From positions 2,576,880 to 2,640,879 of the forward strand of contig CM074810.1 in the NCBI GenBank assembly GCA_037447605.1: a stretch of 64,000 bases of DNA, written 5' to 3'. How positions within the stretch are numbered: position 1 is the stretch's first letter; each line of letters starts with the position of its first letter. Origin of the DNA: Zygnema circumcarinatum SAG 698-1b (lineage: Eukaryota; Plantae; Zygnematophyceae). Shown piece after piece: positions 1-11,428 of the stretch. The position numbers were made by a program, and so were the translations under genes. The notes under the pieces were generated by a model that was not told the origin of the DNA, did not search any database, and was given only the letters and a program-made list of their open reading frames with translations.

Positions 1-411
1 GTAGCTGACGGTAACTGACGGTCTCTGATGTTTCCTCTTTTATGTTGTTAACATGCCAAGTCTCATACGAACCATGTTGTGCGACTTTGGGGATGCAAGC
101 GCTTGCTGTTGTTCAACATGGCACGCATTGCATTAAGAAAGAAAGCTTGGAACACGTGTGAACAATGCTCAAAGTTACATTTTGGAAGTTCAGAGGACAT
201 TGAGTGGAGGTGAGAGAAAAAAAATGAATTCTATTACAAGGCACGATTGGACTATGTCGAGATCGAACTCAGCCGAACAACTTTAGTACATGGGGGTGAG
301 AAGAGCAGCCCTCCTTGGGTCCCTGAGAAATAGGGACTCTCCTTTACACGGCGAAAATCAGATAAATTGATCTTTTATTAAAACGACCAAAAAAAATAAG
401 GAAAACCTACA

Positions 412-1218
412 CTAGGTTTTGTTTGACTTCATGGTTTCCAGAACAAGTGGAGTTTCGTGCTGCTCGATGTGAGGGCCATTTCCGCCTTCCAAAGCGGATG
501 TTCTGCACATGTAGAGAGAGCCATACAATAAATGAGACGAGTGATGGCGTCCACAGTGATGATGATGTGATGATATACATCATGTGATGTGATGTGATGT
601 GCCTTTAGAGGCATGACATGGTGGCATCAACCCCCCGATATGGTAGCACCACAATACGACCATGTCACTCACATGAGAATCTGACCCTGTCACCTTGGGA
701 CGGCGAAGCCCGACCTCCCGCAAGCAACACCTGTAGCCAAGCAAATCATGGCGGACGGTGTAAGAGGATACCATCAGGGGAGAGCTTAATAGAGTGAAAC
801 ATAGGGTCAAAGGGTAAGGATGAGGGGGGCAGGAGGGAGAGAGAAAGAAAGGTAGAGATTTTGGGGGGCAAAGAGGGGAGGGAGAGGGAGAGAGAGGAGG
901 GAGAGAGAGAGAGAGATGGGGCAAGGTCCCTCACCAGTTACCGTTGAGGAAACAGCGTTCAGGTTTGCAATTTTGTTCACACTGGAGGACTTTAGGATGC
1001 AGGTTTTGGCCTTGGCGCCGCTCATGGCGTATGTGAAGGCGCTGCACTTGGGGGTGGTTTGGCAGGCGGCGCAGCACAGGGCCTTGGAGGGCACGTTGGG
1101 GAGCGACTGCAAGTCGAAGCCGCGGGAGTCGAATCCGTCCTGATATGCGCACACCCCCGCTGTGCATGGACGCACAACATACAATATGGTGATGAGATAT
1201 CGTTCAGAAATCTGCTCC

Positions 1219-1267
<49 letters not shown>

Positions 1268-1333
1268 CCTCTCTCTCTCTCTCCGTCCCTCTCTCTCTCC
1301 GTCCCTCTCTCTCTCTCTCTCTCGCTCCCTCTC

Positions 1334-1384
<51 letters not shown>

Positions 1385-3028
1385 CGCTCTCCCTCTCTTC
1401 CTCTCTCACTCTCTCTCTCGCTCCCTCTTTATCCCTACCTCCCTCTCTCCTCCCACTCATCCCTCCCGCTATCACCTCCCACACATCCCATCCAAATCAC
1501 TCCTCTTAACCTTGCTGCTTTTGCTTACATTCCTACGAATCGTAGGGCTTCAAAGTTTCCCAATCTCAGAAAATGTTGGGGTTTCCATGGCGCTTACCAG
1601 TTAAAGTTCCTGCCGACAGATTAGGGCTCGGAATGCGGGCAGATACAGCGTACTTGGTCGCGCATGTGAACGCTTTGGGCCCACTTTTGAAGTATGTGAA
1701 GGCGACGCACTTAATAGAAGTGCCGCAAAAGTTGCAGCAGCTTTCCTTGTTCGGAATCTGAGTCTCCTCACTCAAAGTATAGAGGGGATACTCAACATTG
1801 TCTTCAAAAGAGCAAATTCCTGCAGAGAGTCCGTACAGAACCTAACATCTGTTAAAATTGTGATTATTTTCCTTTTTGAAAGCATAGTTTTTTTTTAACA
1901 AGGACTGAGATCCGTACGAGCGTTCAAATCATTCTGCAACCCTAAAACATGGTCTGAACCCAAAACCCTTCAAGGAATTTGTAAGGCAGGTTCCAAAATT
2001 TGGTCGATATGCCCTTGGAAGTTGGAACTAGGAAGGCCCTTCACCGCCACCCATTTGAACACCTTCATGAATAAAACAATAAAATAAATCTATACGTCCT
2101 CATAATCCCCTTAATCCAATGTCTTTTTCTAGCCCCAATGTTAAACCTCCTTTAGCAACTTAAGGAGTGGGGCCCACCACCTCACCTGTAGACACCCCTG
2201 AAACGGCCGTGACGTCAGCAGTAACGGTGGTGATGTTCAGTGTGAGCACGCACTTGTTGGCGTTGGTTCCGTTGACATAGAACGTGAAGGCGTTACAGTT
2301 AGGGTTTGCGCGGCACTCAAAGCAACACACGTCCTGACTGGCTATGGCGGAGAGGGTGGCGATGACCCCTCCTTTGTAACGGATTCCGTGCTGAATTGTG
2401 CATCCTGAACACATGGAACATGGGAGAGAGGGAGAAGTGGGAGAGAAGAAAAGATGGAGGAGAGAGGGAGAAGTGGGGGAAAGAGGGAGACGTGGGGGAG
2501 AGAGGGAGAGATGGAGGAGAGAGGGAGAGGTGGGGAGAGAGAGGGAGAGATGGGGGAGAGAGGAAGAGGTGGGGGAGAGAGGGAGAGTTGGGGAAGAGGG
2601 GGAGAGGGGGAGAGGTGGGGGAGAGAGGGAGAGGTGGGGCAGAGAGGGAGAGGGTGTGGTGGAGGGTTGAGAGGTGTAAAAAATGACGTTTGAATGCGTT
2701 GAAAGAGAAAGGGAGGGCAAGGGAGAGGGGGTGAGAGGGAGGGAAAGAGGGAGATAGAGAAAAGTACGAGGGAAGGGAGAGATATAGCAATATAAAAAGA
2801 AAAGAAAAAAATAATTTAAAATTGAACATAATTTATGATCTGGTCCATCAGAGCTACAATCTTAAAATGTAGAAAAGGTGCTTCTCAAAAGATGAACAAT
2901 AATGTGAATCTCCTCAACGGAATCTTCAACAGGGAAAGCGCGAGGAGGTGGAGCCCACCGTGTACGGCAGCACGGAGCAATGCAAAGGTCCAAAGCACCA
3001 CGAGACATGTTCGATGCGAAAAACTCAT
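412..3028 (-). CDS. Secreted protein with three PAN/Apple domains (paralogue A), about 287 aa
   Basis: Exons (minus): 3028-2959 (signal peptide MSFSHRTCLVVLWTFALLRAAVH), 2404-2186, 1819-1598, 1159-935 (each a 6-Cys domain, C-x-CC-x2-C-x5-C-x-AFT[FY]-x-C-x-L/K), 730-694 and a tentative 502-412. All junctions are GT-AG and keep frame. The last two exons are less certain. Confidence 0.85.
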
Positions 3029-4789
3029 TGAACGAGAGAAATTTAGAAAATAACAAGCGCGAGAGAGAGAGAGAGAGGAGAGAGAGAGATAACACAGAGC
3101 GAGAGGGGGAGTTCCCAACGTGGAAAGAAGTCGAGAAGAAGAAGAATAAGAAGAAGCAAGTAGGGTAGAGAGAGGGAGAGAAGCAAGAGGAGATGGGAGA
3201 GCGAGAGAGATAGCGAGAGAGGAAGGGAGAGCGAGAGCGAGAGCGTGACGTGACGAGTCTCTCTGCCGGCGGCGGAAGTCAGCGCGAACTGCGCGGCCCC
3301 CAATAGACGGCGCCGCCACTCGCACGTGCGCCCGCCAACCTTCAGACACGTGACAAATTCCGATTCGCACGGCTGACCAATTTTATTATCCGGTCAATGA
3401 ACGCTTGCCACGTGGGCGTCCGCAGGCGCGCGCGTATCGTGGGGGGAAGTTCCGCCGGGCGGGGGAGGCAGGAAACTGTACGGCTACGCTTTGCTGGAGA
3501 CAATGGGAGGGGTGCGTCACACGTGCGAAAGTCGGTAGGACAAATGAAAGTTGGGTGGGACAAATCAGATGTCGGTGGAGGACCGGGCGGGGGAGGGCGA
3601 ACCCGCAGAGGGCGTCAGGGGGGGCCCGGGCGGCAGGTGCTGTACAATACGAAAATGATTGGGATACGGAGACGTTTGTCGTTTGCGACGTGGACAACTA
3701 AGGGGGAAATGTCGGTTCACGATCTTATTGGAGACTATGTTTGCTATATATTTAATTTATCTTTGGGGTCAATTACACAGAAAAAATTGGAAGAAAGAGT
3801 GTACAGGCGTTTAATTAGTCAATTTACACTCGGTCAGAAATGAAAGTTTCTGAAAAAGGTTTTTTTGAAGGAAACGTCGTGAGGAAAGAAATGAATTGAG
3901 GAAGGAAGATCTCAAAAATATCGTGTGGAATTTGTACGTGTACGTAAAAGTCAAATTAACAAGGATCGTTTGTCGTTTTGAGATGCCCAGGCTGTTAGGG
4001 ACGAGACCCGGGAAGAATGCAGGGGAAACCCACGGGCCCCACTTCTGTACAGTTTCTGTACCAAAAATCTAGAAAATCTGAGGTAGAATCTATGATGATT
4101 TGGTATCAGATTCTGTCCCCTCTCAGCCAATCACGGCGTCCCTTTGCCTTTCCGGAATATTTGGTTTGACAATTCCGGATACGCTCAGATTTGGACCCAA
4201 CGGCCTCCATGATGGTCTTGCGCATATCGACAAGGTTGGTACATGTTGGTACGATCACTTGTCTCCGCGCTAACCGTCGGTCGGGAGATGGTTTTGGCCA
4301 TGATTAAAAATTCTGTACGAACAATGATTGGATGTTGTAAGTAACCGATAGCGCCCAAAGTCTGTTGTCGTCAGTCAGGCTAGTTATCAGAGTGTCCGTA
4401 CAATACCATCCCATTGGGATAATGTGCTAATTTGGCTTTTTGTGCAGTAACATATCTGCGGTTATGTCCCAATGCACGGATGACCGTCCAACGACGTTTC
4501 CATGATGAGCGTAATTGTCACGTTCCGTTCAAACTGTTACGGGTTCCTCTGGACACGTGTCGTAAAACATGCCACGTGGCAAGATCCATTGGCTACATTG
4601 TATCTGAATTAGCAATTCCAACAACACTCGCTAGCGTTCAAATTTTGGGGGAAAAAAAAAAAAGATTAACAGCGTGTTTTTGTCCTATGAAGGAATATCA
4701 GTTACAGGTCCGTAATATGCAACAGATTTATGCGCAATATGCGACACCTGTGTTATTACGAGGTGCAAAAGCCTTCCGAGACCCCACAA

Positions 4790-5095
4790 ACTTTTAAAAT
4801 CCTCAAAACCCTTCAAACCACAAAAGCCCTCAAACCCTAAAACCCCTACAAACCCTAAAACCTTACAAACCCTAAAACCTTACAAACCCTTAAACTCCTA
4901 CAAAATCCTTTAAAACCAATAAACCCTAAAAACCCTCAAACCCTTGTAAACCCACAAATTCTTAAAACCCTCGAACCCTTAAAAACCCACAAACCCTGAA
5001 AACCCTCAAACCCTTAAAAACTCACAAACCCTAAAAACCCTTAAAACCCTTGAACCCTTCAAAACCCACTAATCCTAAAAACCCTAAAAACCCTA
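4790..5095. repeat. Degenerate AAACCC(T/C)-rich low-complexity repeat (telomere-like), downstream of the F-box/Kelch gene
   Basis: Repeated aaaaccct/aaaccct/aaaccca units. A similar texture occurs at 7020-7370 and, reverse-complemented, at 19265-19620 (intron 1 of both Kelch genes). Confidence 0.7.
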
Positions 5096-5138
5096 ATTCA
5101 TGTACAGTACAAAGCCCCACCAACCATTGTTCCCTCGC

Positions 5139-5737
5139 TCACAAGGCCAACACGGCGTGCCCCAAAACCGGTCCTTTGTTGCTGCCCATCCGCGCCAACG
5201 GTTTCCATGTGAGGTCCTGCCGACTGAAACGGCTGCTCCGCCTCTCTCCATGCGCCGAACTGCGCCCTCCGTCCTCCGTCCCATCCTTAACTGCCACATG
5301 GAACGTCTCCAGCGTGTTCAGCAACTGTTTCCTGTTAAGAGATTGGCCCGAGCCCTCCCCTTGTTCCCGAATTCCTCCAAAAAGAAAAATTCGTTCGCCA
5401 ATGGAAGTAAAACCAAATCTGGACCGCACAACCGGTCTGCCGCCCTCTAGGATTCCGCCACCTGGCATTTTTCCGCAGGAGCGCCATTGGTCGGTTTTTG
5501 GGTTGTAAATGTAAATCGATTCCCAACGGCGTGCTACATAGAGCTCGTCTCCCACAACTGTGACCGGACATGGAGTCTGTCACCCACAACGGGAAAGACA
5601 TGGAAAATTAAGAAACCATGGAATGGAGAGTAAGGAAGTTAGAGAGAACGAAAGAGGGAGAGAGAGTGAGAGAGAGAGGGGGAGAGAGAGAAAGAGAAAG
5701 AGAGAGTGGGAAAACGAGAGAGATAGAGAGAGAAAGC

Positions 5738-5832
<95 letters not shown>

Positions 5833-5878
5833 CGAAAGAGATAGAGTGAGAAAGAGAGAGAGAAAGAGAGAGAGAAAT

Positions 5879-5921
<43 letters not shown>

Positions 5922-6587
5922 ACGAAAGAGATAGAGTGAGAAAGAGAGAGAGAAAGAGAGAGAGAGAAAGAGAGAGAGAGAGAAAAAGAGAGAGAGCGAG
6001 AGAGAGAGAGAGGGGGAGAGAGAGAGAGAGAACTGATGAGTTGGTTTGCTCACTTTGTTTCCATCTGGCCACATGTTTTCAATGAGGTTCCATGTTCCGG
6101 TCTCAACGCTGAACAATTCCACGGAGCGTTTCACCACAGTTCCTGACAATGTGAACTGGTTGTCGCATTCGCCCCCAATGGCCCAAAGCTTTCCGTTCAG
6201 TACAACGGAAAGGTGGTCCGCTCTCGCTATTTCCATGTTGCTGATTGGCTCCCAGCGATCCTCTTCGGGGCAGTACACCTGCAAAGGTATCAATTCTAAG
6301 GATGAACAAGTCTCTCGCAATCATTCGTTGGTCTATTTATGACCAAAAATTGTTGAAAATGTTTACATAATATTAAAAGAGTCAAAGCTTGAGGACACAA
6401 AAGGGGTCAAGCTGGGGGTTAGGGGAGAGTAGAGGCACAGAGAAAACGGGCTTGTACATGAAGAGTCGAAAAGAGAGATAGGAGGGGGGAGAGGGAGAGG
6501 GAGAGGGCGAGGTGGAGGGAGAGGGAGACGGAAAGGTGGAAAGAGAAGAGCTGCAGAGATGGAGGGAGGCCGAGAGACAAAGAGTGG

Positions 6588-6681
<94 letters not shown>

Positions 6682-7774
6682 AAGAAGCAGAGAAGGGAAG
6701 GTAGTTAAACACGTACAAATTAGGGCTAAGCGCGGGTGCTTAACCTCTCTCTCTCTCTCTCACCTCCGCCGCGCTGAGGAAGGCCGTCCTCCCCTGCCCG
6801 CCTGTCACGTAGACGCGGTCGGCTATCACTGAGCAGCCGAAGAATGCTCGTGCTGACGTCATCGGAGCCGCTACACCCCATTTATTGGTAATAGGGTCGA
6901 AAAATCGCACGTCTGCGGTGATCTCACCTGGAAGGAAAAAAGGAAAACGAAAGTAAAAATATAAACGAAATGTTTCGAAAAGGAGAAGATGGAGAGAAAA
7001 AGAAGGGGGCGGAGAACGAAAGTACCCTTAAAAAACTGAACCCCAAAAGCTGCCAAAACCCCAGAAGCATAAAAAATCTACATCCCCCAAAACCCCAAAA
7101 CCCTAAAACCCTACATCCCCAAACCCCAACAAACCCAAAAAAAAGACCCCACAAATCCCCAAAACCCAAAAACCCCAAATACTTTCAAACCCAGAATTTC
7201 GGAAACTCAAGTTTGAAGGAAAAAAAAAAAAACATGGGGGACCCAAAATTTCTGACGCAGTCGACCCCTGAACCCTGAAAAAACCCCAAAATCCCCAAAA
7301 CCCAAAAGACATTTCCAAAACCCCCGAACCCTCAAAACCCCAAAACCCCAACTTTGAAACCCTAAGTTCTACAGCGGCCCTGCGCCCCGCGCCAGGCCGG
7401 TCCGTACCGTTCCATGTGCCACCCAGGACGAACAGTTTTCCGTTCGCGGCGGCGCATGCGAAGCCCTCCCCCGCGCCCTCGCCGCCCATGGGCGGCCCTG
7501 CGTGCCACGTGTCGCGCTGCGGGTCGTACATGTGGAAGGGCGTGCCACGTGGCTCCTCCGTGAGCGCGTACAGCCACGGCTCCGCGAGCCCGCGCTCCCT
7601 CCGCACCTCGTACAGCCGTACGGACCGTACGGCCGCGCGCCACGCGCGCGACACGTGGCTTGCCAGGGGGAGCTGCGCACGTGGCAGCCGGGCGACCACG
7701 TGGAGCGCCAGCTCATCCGGGAGACCCGGAAAGAGGGCCTCTAGAGGCGCGCCACGTGGCGCCTTCTCGGCCAT
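5139..7774 (-). CDS. Plant-type F-box/Kelch-repeat protein (paralogue D), about 397 aa
   Basis: Exons 7774-7408, 6927-6764, 6278-6054, 5576-5139 (1194 nt, frame intact, GT-AG). N-terminal F-box LFPGLPDELALHVVARLPR...VSRAWRAAV, followed by Kelch blades with GG motifs (GKLFVLGG, DRVYVTGG, GKLWAIGG, RIFLFGG). Confidence 0.93.
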
Positions 7775-7834
7775 ACTGGATTCTCAGAGGGGAAGAACGA
7801 ATTTTCCGTCTCGGGCCAAACGAACTTTACTTTA

Positions 7835-8766
7835 GGGTAGTGATATTTCCACCCCTTTTTTGGATCCAAACACAGAGAGAGAGAGAGGCCCCTTCCCGGC
7901 CGGGCAGATTTCAAAAGGGATTAAGAACGGAAAATGCTTTTTCACACCTTTTTGGAATCGATACCCACCTTCTTCCGTCGGCTGCTTTTATTTTTGCTAA
8001 CCAAGGAAAATGATACCCCGTCACTGCATTTTGAATACTGTATCCCGCCTCCCTGATTTTTTTTTTTGAGGGAAAGAAATATCTGCCTGCCCGAATCCGC
8101 TCGAAGTGGAAGATCCGTCCGCCACGAGATCGTTCGCGGGTGTCCGTCTTTCACACGTGTGTGTCAATCGCAGCTGTCAATTCCTTAGCAGATCGCACCA
8201 CTGCAGGTCACCGTTCGATCTGCAGCCCGGCTCGATCTTAGCGAATGGAAAGCGCCCACGAGTCCCGTCAAAGCCGAATCGCACTTGCGAGTGTGCGCGT
8301 CCTTCGGCCCGAGATCTCGTCATTGTTAGTTCCCAGCCAATCAACAACTGCCACGTGTTACATTTTTGACGTGGGAAATTTTGATTGGTCCAAGCTCTCA
8401 ATGTACGAAATTCTGGGTTCCTCAAAGTTGCGACCGTACCACATTTGTACGGACAAACATTTGAGACGAGTTTGGCGGGATACGTGGGCACTTGCCATTC
8501 GCTGTGACCGAGCCCGGCTGCAGATCAAATAGTCACCTGCCATGTTGCGATCTGCGAGGGAATCGACGGCTGCGATTGACCACACGCGTGAAAAAAATTC
8601 AGGTATCATTTTCCCTGGTTCGCAAAAATAAAATCAGCCGACGGAAGGTGGGTATCGATTCCAAAAAGGTGTGTAAAAAGCATTTTCCGTTTTTAATCCT
8701 TTTTGAAATCTGCCCGGCCGGGAAGGGGTGTTTGGATCCAAAAAAGGGGTGGAAATATCACTACCC
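7835..8766. mobile_element. Non-autonomous DNA transposon with long TIRs, GGGTAG...CTACCC ends and 8-bp TSD (copy 1; Merlin- or MULE-like)
   Basis: Inverted repeats of about 200 bp starting GGGTAGTGATATTTCCACCCC. TSD TTACTTTA at 7827-7834 and 8767-8774. A homologous copy lies at 32975-33920. No transposase ORF. Confidence 0.9.
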
Positions 8767-9491
8767 TTACTTTACGGCCCTAAATGCCTGGAAACACACC
8801 CCAGTCCCGTGTCAACCAATCAGAGGGCTTCATTTTGGGCCTGGTTTGATATTTACAAACCCCAAATGTTCACAGGCACAGCCGTAATCCTACATCAGCG
8901 TTAGTTCCGGAAACTTCCATGAGGTTTTTATTCTTGGAGGCACACCCAAAAACGATAAAAACACACCCAAAACAGGACGTACAGCCACTATCGCGCTGGC
9001 TGGGCGGGCGGCATCACTTGTCGTATGCGTCATTCGATGTCGGCACAGCCTCCATGATAACGGCCAAAATTTGTCGACACACGCAGAAACGACAATAAGC
9101 AGAGCCGCCGCCGGAAGGCCAGTGCCACTTGTCCTTTTAGATATACTGCAGTCAAAATTTGGAAATTGAAACATTCTAACCCATAAAAGACATTGCCCGT
9201 CAAAAAAAAAAAAAAAAGCGGAGGTCGCGTCCTAGAGTGTTCACATTTATTCCGAAAGTTATTAATTTTCTGGTCCAATAAGCAGTTTTTTTTGAGCAAG
9301 ATTTTTAATTTCTAACGGTTTACTTGTGGCCGCCCGGCGCCGGCTTCTGTTCGGGGAGCACCTTTTGTCGTTTGTGGATTTCTCCGTTGTCGCGTTGTGG
9401 TTGCGTCGACATCTGATGACGCATGCGACAAGTGGTGCCACCCAGTTCGACAGCTGTCTATAGTACGAATACGGTACGGTTCAATACAGTA

Positions 9492-10209
9492 CAGTGGGGG
9501 GTCCTCATATTTTCCACCCTGTACAGTTCGCTCCCAAGAAATTCGCCCCGATTTTGCCGAAACCACCTTTTTGTACGGTAACTCAATGTTAGCCGTACTG
9601 TCCGTACTAGCCGTACTAGCCGTACTATCCGTACGAGTTGTAGAATCGTCCCACAGGTGTCCGCCGTAAGAGGCGCTCGCTCCTCTCCTCGTCTGCTCCA
9701 TATACCATCCACATCAACCATCTACACGGCAAGCATATTGACTTGAAGTGGTCTTTTGGTATTGAGCGTCTTCCAAGTCGCACAAGGCACCCGTTTTGTT
9801 TCATTGCCGTGGAAGCCCGTCAACCCCCAGCCTAATATTAACTCACTCATTTATTTTATCATGGGTGTGCTCTTCCACTATTGATAATTATAGCATCATC
9901 AACGAGACGAACAACGCGAAGAGCGGAAAACTACGTGTATGCGATACGATACAACACGATACGATAGATACGACACGATACGGTACGATACGGTACGATA
10001 TTGGACGATACGATAAGGCGTAGTAAGATAGATACTGAACGATATGGCACAATACGATACGATATTAGACGATACGATACGTACGGACAAACATAAACTC
10101 TAACATGGTACCGAAAGCCTATTGGTAACACGAACCTTATATTTGCAAAATCAATATTTTCGCCCCTTTTTGGCCAATACAATGGCGAAAATATGAGGAC
10201 CCCCCACTG
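9492..10209. mobile_element. Tc1/mariner-type MITE (TA TSD)
   Basis: TIR CAGTGGGGGGTCCTCATATTTTC at both ends, flanked by TA at 9490-9491 and 10210-10211. Internal (CGATA)n tract at about 9940-10085. Confidence 0.8.
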
Positions 10210-11428
10210 TAATGAGTCCCTGTCCTGCCGTACCAATCAGTTTTTATTACTTTACAGAGGAAAGTACATATCTGATAATAGTACTGTTACTCCTTGCAAA
10301 ATTAGTCCCCTTCCTAAAGTTATCTTCGCCAGAGTCCCATTTGAGGCGTTTCCAAGTTTCTAGACGGCTCATTCCATGCCCACACCACTCTTTTGGTGCC
10401 ATTCGCTACTATGGAATACAGGCGAGCACCTTCCATTTCGCATGCATGCATGGCGCCAACAACAATGAGTACCACCTACATTGTATGCACTGTACGCGCG
10501 CAATCTCATGGTTCCTCCCATGTTGACCAAAGCAAGTTTCCAGTTCTAGGAAAGTTGTGGGCGTTGTCGCCTTTCCCATCAACAGTACTAAACGACAAAT
10601 TTCCCCGCCCTGGTGGCACCTTGGCTACCAGCGTACGGTTAGCGGACACTCTAAATTTAAAATATAGTATGGTAGGTTTGGCGCACACCAGAAAAGCACA
10701 CGTGGTCAACAGTGGTTGGTTCCAGTCCTTAGAAGACTTAGTACTGTGCAAATAGCGATGTGTCGGTTCCACGTTCCTTGCGTTGATAACGGCGCGGTCA
10801 GTTTCAGGCCTTTCTCCGAAAAACTTTTTTGAGGACATCTTCCAATGGGAACTCGCCACGTGGACATTGCTTTCACGTGGCAGACTTTCATTGGTGGACG
10901 CCTCGACTACGTTCACAATGGAAAAGACCTCTGAAAATCGACTCTGAAAAGATAGCGGAGAGGAGATATCTCGCCACGTGGCATATCCTTACATTGCAAT
11001 CGTGTTTCAGTCTTACAATTTTTTTTTTCTAAAGTAGAGAAATAAAGAAACAGCGCTCTTTTCAAATAAGTGACGATGAATTGAGCTCAATTTTGGAATC
11101 GACCTCCAATTCCTGAACCCTAAACTTTTCTTGGAACAAACTAAGTACTAACCCTAAAAGGAAACGCACCTGACTAAAGAGTCGGAACAGATACTCTTGT
11201 TACGCCCTAAACCCAAAACCTTTAAAACATGACGCTACTGCCTTCGACCCCTAAAATTGCACCGAAGCAAAATCGTCGTCGTTTCGGATCCACTTCATTG
11301 CGTGTAGATCAACAGTTGAAGTAAAAAAATAAAGAGAGTTCAAGTTGGACGTTCACAATCTAAGGTTGCTGGTGAATTGGTGAACCCACGTCAAGACCTG
11401 CGAAGTGGACCTGAGTGGAATCCAGTTC

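Noticed and set aside
9940-10085. CRISPR-like or regularly spaced repeat array
   Set aside because: It is a simple pentamer SSR without unique spacers, in a eukaryotic context.
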